10,118 bases of DNA from assembly GCA_018985225.1 (NCBI GenBank), contig JADGIF010000360.1, forward strand, positions 1 through 10,118. The letters run 5' to 3'. The notes under the pieces are model-generated. The model searched no databases and was not told the origin of the DNA. It saw only the letters and a list, made by a program, of their open reading frames with translations. The position numbers and the translations under genes are program-made. This DNA is from Amoeboradix gromovi X-113 (taxonomy: Eukaryota > Fungi > Sanchytriomycota). Each line of letters opens with the position of its first letter. Position 1 is the first letter of the stretch. Below are positions 1 to 8,223 of the stretch, in pieces.

Positions 1-267
1 GAATAGCTGTACAGAATATTTATTTTTGAAATTTCGATACAAATTGTCTAGTCTAGTTTTTACAGAGCATGTCCCAGTTGTTGGAACTAATTTTCCAGGA
101 CCTGGATCATCAGCATCGTATTCTCTAATTAGGAATATTTGTCGGGTTTTAGAACTAGGTTCAACTTGATGTGTCTTTTCCACTTCATATTAAACTTTAA
201 ATCCATCTGTCTTGATTGTTTTCAGAAGTGATAATAGTCCTGCAATCACGATTAATGGTTTATTCAA
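1..267 (-). pseudogene. Possible decayed coding relic (signal-peptide-like start, one internal TAA), running off the left window edge
   Basis: One minus frame reads LNKPLIVIAGLLSLLKTIKTDGFKV*YEVEKTHQVEPSSKTRQIFLIREYDADDPGPGKLVPTTGTCSVKTRLDNLYRNFKNKYSVQLF. It starts with TTG at 267-265, has TAA at 192-190 and is open for 63 codons to position 1. There is no in-frame ATG and no recognisable family. Confidence 0.25.
49..90 (-). repeat. Dispersed motif copy A (TGGGACA-N8-AAAAACTAGACTA), inverted relative to the other copies
   Basis: Reverse complement is TTAGTTCCAACAACTGGGACATGCTCTGTAAAAACTAGACTA. It matches 9985-10023 at 30 of 39 aligned positions with one 3-nt gap. Confidence 0.7.
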
Positions 268-963
268 TTAAATTCAATAGCTGCAATTGCAATGATTTGC
301 GTTTCTACACTAATACAGTAAGAGAAAGTTACAGATTCATTAACGTAACTGTAGACCAACAAAAAGCTTAAGAGATGTTAAGAACTAAAAAAATGAAATT
401 TTCGGACTTGCAACAAGTCGGTGAAACAAGATGGATCAGAAAGAACTTTTGGTTTTTTTGCAAATCGCGTCTCAAGAAAGTAACGCTAGCTTTGAGTAAA
501 TGCAAAATATCAGATTAAGAGCTCGGATATTATTGTTTTTCCACTTAGAGATTAATTCATAGATAAAGCTTACATATACGACTAAAGAAACTCGTCAGTG
601 TCAATCCGAAAATTAGCATTCCTGGAGCAGCTCTCACTATTCGTAAAATCCGAAAGATCTATTGCATACTCTTCCAAGTCTCCAACCTCAGAAATTTGCC
701 CTAACCTGATTTTCATCACTTTAAATACTGTTAAAGACTTTATTAGTTGTCTGAAAGAAATACTTGACCACATTTCTCATGGTGGGCCCTACTTGTCTAA
801 CGGCTGCATGTATAACGCTGCACAAATTCATGAAAATAGTATTTTGGGTAACAATTGCCGTAGTTGATAGTCAATATTCCTGTGATACTAATCATAACGT
901 ATTTTCAGCAGAATTCTTCACTTGATCATAAAGGCTTATATAATTCATAGCTGTAACTAAGCT

Positions 964-967
964 AAAA
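964..967 (-). terminator. Probable RNA polymerase III terminator (TTTT) of the tRNA gene
   Basis: T4 run on the minus strand, 6 nt downstream of the tRNA discriminator base. Confidence 0.5.
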
Positions 968-973
968 GTATAT

Positions 974-1046
974 TGCTCCGTGTGAGGCTCGAACTCACGA
1001 CCTTCAGATTATGAGACTGACGCGCTACCAGCTGCGCCAACGAAGC
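974..1046 (-). tRNA. tRNA-Met (CAT), elongator type, intronless, no encoded CCA
   Basis: GCTTCGTTGGCGCAGCTGGTAGCGCGTCAGTCTCATAATCTGAAGGTCGTGAGTTCGAGCCTCACACGGAGCA folds into a cloverleaf: acceptor GCTTCGT/ACGGAGC, D-stem GCGC/GCGC, anticodon loop CTCATAA (CAT at 1013-1011), T-arm GTGAG-TTCGAGC-CTCAC. G1-C72, the TTCG T-loop and the U31-U39 pair are typical of eukaryotic elongator rather than initiator tRNA-Met. Confidence 0.97.
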
Positions 1047-1108
1047 TTGTTCTGTCTCTTTAGGTACACAAAATAATTCATTGGACTATAAAATAATTGA
1101 TACACAAG

Positions 1109-1127
1109 TATAAAAACTAGACTAACT
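1109..1127 (+). repeat. Dispersed motif copy B (right half), about 60 nt upstream of the tRNA gene
   Basis: TATAAAAACTAGACTAACT, identical over 19 nt to 10008-10026. Confidence 0.75.
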
Positions 1128-1740
1128 TTCTAAAACCACTTAAACCATTGTTTTGATTTTATTACCCAATAGTATATCAAGTCTATGCGATTTGCGCATT
1201 TAACTTTGCTAAGTATTAAAGCTCTTTACACCTAAATCTTGAAAACAATGATTATTAAAGATAATACAAAAAATAAGTTATACAAAGAAACGTAAAAAGT
1301 GATACTTTGCAAATATACTCAACTGTAATACTATGCATAACACGCTTTAGATGAAAAAAGCTATGCTTTCCCTATTAAGGACCTGAGTAAAATGTTCACA
1401 CGTCCGATATCGTTAATAAGCTTCTTTAAGCGACTGCTGGATGTCTTCTAACATAATTCCTTCAGCCATTATTCTAATAAATTACTTGCTCTTACTTTAT
1501 TCTGGATATTCTTTCTCTTCTTACCATTGAAGTACAAATAATGGAAGCTTATATTTCCTAGCTGTAATTCATAAATATGATTATTACCGATCATTTGCCG
1601 CATTTAGAGATACAACAAGCGCAAAAGAAACAAAAGCTATGGCTATGCAAGCATGGTGGTTTTACTATTAAATGATTAAACAAACGCACAGCGAGTGTAT
1701 CCTGTCATAGCAAGGGCCGTTTTCGCAAAGACTATCTCAT

Positions 1741-4700
1741 TTATTCAAAATTCTCAATTATCAAATCTATCCTTTCATGTCGCGGTTTTACGCTCTTAAT
1801 GTAATCCTTTGCTTTCTGCTCATCTTTACCGTATAATTTCATGAAGTATGCAATCTTACCAAAAACACTGGTGGTTAAATCTTTGTTCATTTCATCGTTC
1901 AAATATGCCCTAATCTCTTCCTTGTTATCGATATCCAAAATGTTTAACAGTTCTAGGCCTCTGCTCTTATTATCTCTGATAAATATGGCGTCCCACATCT
2001 GCCATATCAATGGTAGTTCCTTAACTATTATTAAACTAGTCTTCTTGTATCCACATTTTATTAGTATCTTGTATAGTCTGGTATACACTCTCCAATACCC
2101 ATTTCCGTTAGATATGATGTTCATAAGTTCACTTATTTGTTGCGCATTGTCCATTTTATTGAGTTTGTTCATTACCCCATCCTTTTCAGTTGGCATCATA
2201 TACTTCCATTTTAAAGCATCATACCTTGATATGTACTCCTTGGAGTGCCTGTTTCTCTTTATCATTTTGCTTCCATTCACTAAATCTCGCTGGTAATTAA
2301 GTCGGTTCAAACTTCTCAAATACTCGTTCTCATTCTCTATTGGATTCAGCATCATCATTTTATACAGATACTTGACATCGCCGCTGTTGTAGTATCTATG
2401 CAAATCGCTGTTATAGTACCCATTCAAGTATCCCACCTTGTCTACCAATTCCGGGTTTGCGGATTTCTGATTAATCACTTTGTAGGCATCTTTGAAATGC
2501 CCCATGTGGCAGAGCAGCTTGCAAATACTTGTGATGACATCCCTGTTAGTGCAATCCACAATTCGAAGTAATTTTTGAATAAACTGCAATCCGTCTTTAT
2601 TGTTCAGGTTCTGGATTGCTTGAATCATTAAACCGCTAGCTGATGTGCTTGCTTTTATGTCCGTTGTAGCATCGATTACCGGTCTAACACTTACATCTAG
2701 TCTTTCCATGACACTTTGACACTTGTAACCAATCTGCTGTATACTTGCGTACTGCCGAAGCACCATTATTAGTTTGTCGGCATCCAACCCTCCATAATCT
2801 GTCATTCTATACAATATGTCGATAAGTAGTTCCATTGCATCTAGTCTGAACTCCTTCAAGAGTACGTATAAGAGCGTGTTAGCATTTTTAAGATGTATGC
2901 TAGCATTGGAACTAATTCCATGGTGTAATTCAACTAGTCTTGTCCAATAGAGCATATTGTTTGGTTCTAAATCTCTCGCTTTAAGAATGCACTCTATACT
3001 CAGTTCCAGGTCACTACTGTAGACATATGACAGCATGTAGTATCCATGCGCATTATTGTTCACGATTATGTCTGTTATGCAGTAATGCTGTGCCAACTGT
3101 AAGTTTCTGATGCTGTAGTTGTAGTATCCCAACAAGTTAGCATCGGTAATTCTATCTAGCTCAGAAGAGTCCAGCTCTGATGCGTTTATACCTCGCAAAT
3201 GCAACATGGCAATAGTTGTGTTATTTTTATCATATTTTACAACAAGCTTTAGTATAAGCTCCAGCGTGCTACTACCAGTTATACTGGCACTAGAGTCTAT
3301 TTTGGAAATCTTTGCAAGAAGCTCTTTCATTTCAATGCCGTGAATATCAGACCATGGTATTAACAGTGTCAAGCACATTACAGTCCCCTTCAAATCCATT
3401 AGATCTTCTACACTACTCATTAGTGATGTACATACACTAATAGCGGACTTAATCATCGTGTTGCTTAACAGATATTGAATGTAATTGTAGTAAACGATAT
3501 ACTTCAATGATTTGATTGATTTGGTATACAACTTGCTGCCCATAAGTGTCTCTAACTCGCCAAACACTAGTGGGTACAGCTTCAAGTGATGCATACACTC
3601 TACAATTTTATACTGCATATAATAATATACATTTATAGCAGCAGAGTCATTTGCTATTGCTGCCTTAATAGACCTATAAGCACTTAGACTGCTCTTGTAA
3701 TTACCAACTGAGTACCAACTACTTGCTAAGAATTCACTAATAACCAGATTGGAGCTGTCCAAACATATGTACATATTGCAGCTAGTGATGCAGAGATTGT
3801 AATCTTTATGAGAATAGTATATCATAGATAGTAAATACAAAGACTGCGATGTAGGTGGCTGAATAGTTTGCAAAACGGGGACTACGCTAGAAGTGTTAGC
3901 AAGACATAAAGATTTGTTGTTTAAGAGCAGCAAGCATAAAGAGCTACCTGCATCAGCAGTATATTCTATAGATATAGACTTCATAAAGCATTTAAAAGCT
4001 TTAGTAGGAATATTGGAGTGAAACTGGTAGTAATAGCCAAGATATAACAGTGCATATGGATGCTCATTGTTATTGATGTAGGGTATTAATAAGCCATGCA
4101 GCTGATCGTAATCTTCAAGATGGAAAAGACATTTGCAATACAACAGCAACAACTCATCAGCAGAGATCAGTGGTTTTAACAAGGCCATTGCATCTGAATA
4201 CTGATTCACTAGAATATAGTATCTAGACTGCAATTGAGCAGACACAATAGAATACTCTTTATAATCTATTCTGGCCACCTGGTTCTTGATGGATTCTAAA
4301 TCATCGTTAATCTCATGGTCCAAAAAATACTTTAGTTTAATCAAAATCAGATAGTCGTCACTTATGTAAGATGCATTACTAACAATCAGGTCGTATACAG
4401 AATTATTAAAAGTTGCGTAACAACAAGAGCCAACTAAGATGTTAATAACAAAACTAAAAAACAAGGACAAATCTACAGGGTAAATGCTGGATAACGAAGA
4501 CAAGCTATCCAGTACAGTCTTGGTGTATTCAATAATAGAGTCGTATTGTTCGAAAGTAAATAGAACGAACAAAATAAATAACTGGAGAATAGGATGAGAT
4601 CCAGATATAAAAGATTCAGATCCCGAGATAAACTCATTCAGTAGATCAAGGTCTTCAGGGTTCCTGAAGAGTTTAGCAAAGGATTTGATAATTGTCTGAA

Positions 4701-5436
4701 TAAAGGAGATTGGAGGATTAAAACTAGCACAAAAATTTAATAATTCATCTGCATTTAATTCAAGTGGGTTAAATGCAAACATATCAGTGTCAAATTGAGC
4801 GAAGAACTCTCGGCCCTTGGAAAGATCCGCGTCAATAGTCAACTTTTTTAAAATGCTAAAATAGTATGACTTATCAGAATATCCCTTGAAGCGGGATAAA
4901 ATCTGATCAAAGGCTTCCGAATGCAAAGGCTCTTTAAAGGATAACAGTTTTAAGTAAACAGGGATGTCAACAGACCCCATATCTTTTTGAATGTAGTACA
5001 AAAGCGAATATATTTGTCTTTCTTGCTTAGATGATAGCTTGTACTCTTGCAGAACCTTGTTTGCAAGTTTGCAGCCAAGTTTGTAGTCTTTTAAACGCTG
5101 GCAACACTTCAAGGCTTCAACTGCACCTTGAAAATATTCTTGAGAATCCAGTATTTTTGTGAGCAACTCTAATTGTTTTCTGTGTTGCTTCAGTTGCTTA
5201 TAGACTTGAGAGAGACCGTAATAAGCCATCATAGGGTTCGAATCGTTCTCGATTGCACGCTTAAAAGCATCTTCAGCAGCGTCTAACTTGTTTAAGCCAA
5301 CCAAAGACTGGCCATGTATTAAAAGCGCCTTATAATTCATTGCATTAAACATTAAAATACTTTCGGTAACCTCATAAGCTCTGCTAAAATTCTTAGATTT
5401 TAAAGCAGCAGCTGCTTCTTTCAGTTTCTTGTCCAT
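1741..5436 (-). CDS. SKI3: Superkiller complex TPR subunit SKI3/TTC37 (cytoplasmic exosome cofactor), 1231 aa
   Basis: Uninterrupted 1231-aa ORF. The N-terminal TPRs (KKLKEAAAALKSKNF...NYKALLIHGQSL...AEDAFKRAIE...MMAYYGLSQVY) match the recalled Ski3/TTC37 N-terminus. The internal ALLYLGYYYQ...KAFKCFMKSISIE..ADAG segment matches the conserved Ski3 mid-region TPR. The C-terminal half is very divergent. Confidence 0.85.
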   Translation of the reverse strand: MDKKLKEAAAALKSKNFSRAYEVTESILMFNAMNYKALLIHGQSLVGLNKLDAAEDAFKRAIENDSNPMMAYYGLSQVYKQLKQHRKQLELLTKILDSQEYFQGAVEALKCCQRLKDYKLGCKLANKVLQEYKLSSKQERQIYSLLYYIQKDMGSVDIPVYLKLLSFKEPLHSEAFDQILSRFKGYSDKSYYFSILKKLTIDADLSKGREFFAQFDTDMFAFNPLELNADELLNFCASFNPPISFIQTIIKSFAKLFRNPEDLDLLNEFISGSESFISGSHPILQLFILFVLFTFEQYDSIIEYTKTVLDSLSSLSSIYPVDLSLFFSFVINILVGSCCYATFNNSVYDLIVSNASYISDDYLILIKLKYFLDHEINDDLESIKNQVARIDYKEYSIVSAQLQSRYYILVNQYSDAMALLKPLISADELLLLYCKCLFHLEDYDQLHGLLIPYINNNEHPYALLYLGYYYQFHSNIPTKAFKCFMKSISIEYTADAGSSLCLLLLNNKSLCLANTSSVVPVLQTIQPPTSQSLYLLSMIYYSHKDYNLCITSCNMYICLDSSNLVISEFLASSWYSVGNYKSSLSAYRSIKAAIANDSAAINVYYYMQYKIVECMHHLKLYPLVFGELETLMGSKLYTKSIKSLKYIVYYNYIQYLLSNTMIKSAISVCTSLMSSVEDLMDLKGTVMCLTLLIPWSDIHGIEMKELLAKISKIDSSASITGSSTLELILKLVVKYDKNNTTIAMLHLRGINASELDSSELDRITDANLLGYYNYSIRNLQLAQHYCITDIIVNNNAHGYYMLSYVYSSDLELSIECILKARDLEPNNMLYWTRLVELHHGISSNASIHLKNANTLLYVLLKEFRLDAMELLIDILYRMTDYGGLDADKLIMVLRQYASIQQIGYKCQSVMERLDVSVRPVIDATTDIKASTSASGLMIQAIQNLNNKDGLQFIQKLLRIVDCTNRDVITSICKLLCHMGHFKDAYKVINQKSANPELVDKVGYLNGYYNSDLHRYYNSGDVKYLYKMMMLNPIENENEYLRSLNRLNYQRDLVNGSKMIKRNRHSKEYISRYDALKWKYMMPTEKDGVMNKLNKMDNAQQISELMNIISNGNGYWRVYTRLYKILIKCGYKKTSLIIVKELPLIWQMWDAIFIRDNKSRGLELLNILDIDNKEEIRAYLNDEMNKDLTTSVFGKIAYFMKLYGKDEQKAKDYIKSVKPRHERIDLIIENFE

Positions 5437-5458
5437 TGGTAAGAAAAATTATCAAAGA

Positions 5459-7149
5459 TTATTTACTAAAATGAATTTCTATTGTGTCCGTAAAATGTTC
5501 TTCCTCCTTTGCAGCTCTAAGAAGTTCGTTTTTTTGTACCAACAATTCATCTAGCTCCTCTTGCGCGTTTTTCAACTTCTATGTTAGTTTTTAAATACGT
5601 CTCCCAATTTAATAGTCTTTGTTAACAATTCCTTATCAGTGCTGTCTTGTTTTTTAAATATGGCCCTGAAAGCGTTCGATTTACCAGTTGTTTCTGCCAA
5701 TGTTGAACTTAAATGTGAAATATGAGCTTTGGTTTCCTCAATCTGCACGTTTAACTCTTCCAATAAAACATGATCAAATGCAGCTGTTCGTCTTCTGGCT
5801 GCATTTGAGTTACTATACTCTTTAACGAGTTCCAAAGCTGATGATTTTCTGTTTAAATTCTCAACTGCGATACAGCGTTTTTCATATCCTGTGTAGATTT
5901 GACGTGGTCTAAATATCTTATAATCGGCATCATCAATTGATTCCAGTGCGTGTGCCATTAGCCCAGAAACACGAGGTATAGATATGATTGCTGGATACAT
6001 ATCACTAGGGAATCCCAATAAATGCAACAAAATGCATGTCCAATAGTCGCAATCTAGAAATATAGAGTCCAGTGAGTCTTGAAGTGCGGTACTTAATTCA
6101 TATATAGATTCTGAAGACTTTTCATGCAAATGCTCATAAACCTGTTTTGCTAGTTTCTGCATCCAGCTACTTTTCACTGATGATATTTTAGTACTAAAAC
6201 CGTAAGGTAGTTCGTGTGGATCTAAGCGAATTGATAACAAGTCTTCGCTATTTTGAAGGTTTTTACGAAGCCACGAATAAATGTTGCTTGCCTTGTTCTC
6301 ACCAAGTAGAGTGCCGATACTTCCAGCTACAGCAGAGTATGGGTCTACTCCTGAGCTTATCAAATGACGCATAGTTGCAGTAGCGCAAGAATTAGAGTCA
6401 TCAGCCAACAAGATAAATAATTTATCTATAATTCCAACTAAAACAGGATCTGGCGTAAAATCAAGTTCGTTGAGCTTATCAACCATGTATAAGAAATTCT
6501 CGGAATAAGTTTTAGCGTCTGACTTTGGTTCATTGTAGGGTCTACCCAACCGATGACGATAAACAGCAGCAGCCAATGTAGAAATTTTCCCTACCATCCT
6601 GTAAACCTGCTTATCTCGTACAAACTGACAAACAGCATCGCCGGCATCTGCACTTGAAGAATCCTTTGAAGTTATTGGATATGCATTTAACTTATTCTCA
6701 TGGGGACCTGTTTTATACAAACTTTCTCCCATTAACGCCGGATTGGACTCGGGATGCAGTGTTGAGGTAGCTGCTAGCAGTGAAATCAGCATACTTGTTG
6801 GGTGGGCATTGTACCTAAATGTCTCTAACTGTTGCCTTAAATCAATGTGAACATAGGTATGTTTCAATATGTTCATTTTGTATGCATTGTATTGCTGTAA
6901 AGAAGGTAGCTTCCCATAAATAAGCAAGTAAGAACATTCAAGGTAGTTGCTTTTTTGAACTAGTGTATCTAGAGAGATTCCCCGGTAGCTGTCTTGGTCA
7001 CTAATCAAAGTCTTGGCAACTACTGTATTTTGCAATGACTTATCATATATTCGCAGTTTGGATAGCTTTCCCAACAATGCAGCGTTAATTGTACCATGAT
7101 CAACTGGGATTTCAAATGGTGCCTCGTCATTTTTGGTGAGTTTTAACAT
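5459..7149 (-). CDS. Citrate synthase-family protein (bacterial/peroxisomal type), probably catalytically inactive, with C-terminal coiled coil. Predicted exons 7149-5599 and 5578-5459, 556 aa (unspliced ORF 7149-5584, 521 aa)
   Basis: Family motifs present: LRIYD, SYRG, YLECSYLLIYGKLP, FRYNAHP, RMVGKISTLAAAVYR, ENFLYM, KLFILLAD, MRHLISSGVDPYSAVAG, IPRVSGLMAH, RPRQIYTG. The DH, HGGA and GFGH motifs are replaced. The second exon is inferred from the splice signals. Confidence 0.85.
5579..5598 (-). other. Candidate 20-nt spliceosomal (U2-type) intron, phase 0
   Basis: GTATTTAAAAACTAACATAG has a GT donor, an ACTAAC branch point and a TAG acceptor. It contains the TAA that ends the unspliced ORF. 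Its removal opens a 39-codon, coiled-coil-like in-frame exon. Confidence 0.8.
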
Positions 7150-7293
7150 TTTGTTTTAGCCGATAATCCCCATTAATGCTATTTTAGTAGTTTTAATCCC
7201 AAATCAAATTCAATTGAGGAGTGCTACTATCAGAAGGTTACATATCATAACAATTTAATTTCACAAATTCAAGGGTCTTACAAGTTTGATTCT
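7150..7293. promoter_or_regulatory. Divergent (bidirectional) promoter region, 144 nt
   Basis: Lies between head-to-head ATGs at 7149 (-) and 7294 (+). Contains TAATCCC twice (7164-7170, 7194-7200). Function is inferred from position. Confidence 0.55.
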
Positions 7294-8169
7294 ATGTCTA
7301 TTCAAACGATACCACCTTTTTCTTTTTTGAGGTTGAACTTGCACAATTTACCACTTCATGTTATTGGTACGTTGGATCTGCCAGCTTATGGACAGCTGAT
7401 GAGCATTCAGGAGAGTTTTTGTGTATGTCAGATTATAATGCCGATTAGTTTTCATTCCGTTCCAAATACCCAGATTGTTCTGATTCCATTGAGTAATGTT
7501 AATCCAATACAATTCAATGACTTGCCAACAAAGTATCAGGAGAGCGTAAAAAAATCAAAGTCGATTTTAAGAGAATTTTACCATTGGACTGAGGATAAAC
7601 CTGGTAGTAGTCTCGTGCCTTTGAGCAACTACTCTCATGATGATAAAAACCATATGTCAAACAAAAAAAAAGGATTGGAGTCTGGGAAAAAAGATTTATA
7701 TAGCTATTACTTATTTAATGCGCTTTTAAATACTAACCCCCATTTGCAATGGAATGAAGGAAATATGGTTATCGGATCTGCTGAAATACCGCCACCTTTC
7801 ACTAAAGCAGTGAGCAAAAAAGAGAATGATTTTGCTGTAGATCGCATACAGGCTATGCTAGATGCTGCACACAACCATGCAAGAATAATGATGGAAAAGC
7901 ATAACGAGTTCTCTCTTGGGAAGAAATCCTCCACAACCTGGGCTGGTTTGGTTAAACAATCGTCGCCCTCAACAGTATCTCCAGCACAACCGCTTGATAG
8001 CAGTCCCGAGTCGATGGAGACTGCAAACACTTCAGTTGATGAGAAAAAGAAGAAGCCTTATAAAAAGAGGTTTAATAAGCAAAAGAGCGAAGACAGGTTT
8101 GAAAGCAGTAGAGGCACAGAAAGAAGAGGAAGAGCTCGTGGAAGAGGCAGAGGATTTTCGGATAAGTAA
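7294..8169 (+). CDS. LSM12: LSM12-like protein (divergent Lsm domain plus AD domain) with disordered Lys/RGG-rich C-terminal extension, 291 aa
   Basis: YYLFNALLNTNPHLQWNEGNMVIGSAEIPPPF...AVDRIQAML matches the LSM12 AD-domain pattern (LF..I.KT....W....I.V...V.I.PPY...A...V...L). The beta-rich N-terminus ending IVLIPLSNV fits an Sm/Lsm fold. The tail is RRGRARGRGRGFSDK. Confidence 0.7.
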   Translation: MSIQTIPPFSFLRLNLHNLPLHVIGTLDLPAYGQLMSIQESFCVCQIIMPISFHSVPNTQIVLIPLSNVNPIQFNDLPTKYQESVKKSKSILREFYHWTEDKPGSSLVPLSNYSHDDKNHMSNKKKGLESGKKDLYSYYLFNALLNTNPHLQWNEGNMVIGSAEIPPPFTKAVSKKENDFAVDRIQAMLDAAHNHARIMMEKHNEFSLGKKSSTTWAGLVKQSSPSTVSPAQPLDSSPESMETANTSVDEKKKKPYKKRFNKQKSEDRFESSRGTERRGRARGRGRGFSDK

Positions 8170-8223
8170 TTAAATAAACAACGTTTTTGTTCTTATTGAA
8201 GACTTGTTTTTTGAAACTTTAGT

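Noticed and set aside
94-106. Palindrome TCCAGG-A-CCTGGA
   Set aside because: A single 6-bp arm pair is expected by chance in 10 kb and has no supporting context.
582-867. Overlapping ORFs 582-773 (-, 63 aa) and 598-867 (+, 89 aa; track start is GTG)
   Set aside because: No recognisable motifs and they are mutually antisense. I found no splice signals that extend either. At most a decayed relic.
190-1530. Stop-codon reassignment (TAA/TAG read as Gln) suggested by TAA-interrupted frames in the left flank
   Set aside because: The long genes contain no in-frame TAA/TAG over more than 2400 codons and use TAA as their terminator, so the code is standard.
1841-2296. 151-aa plus-strand ORF
   Set aside because: Antisense shadow of SKI3; its hydrophobic composition simply mirrors the A-rich codons on the coding strand.
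2543-2559. Intron-like GTGGATTGCACTAACAG (17 nt, minus) inside SKI3
   Set aside because: Removal would frameshift an otherwise open ORF, and the donor is weak.
1741-8169. Functional clustering of RNA-metabolism genes SKI3 and LSM12
   Set aside because: The neighbours are unrelated (Golgi tethering, mitochondrial IMS). Adjacency of two genes in a dense genome is not evidence without conserved synteny.
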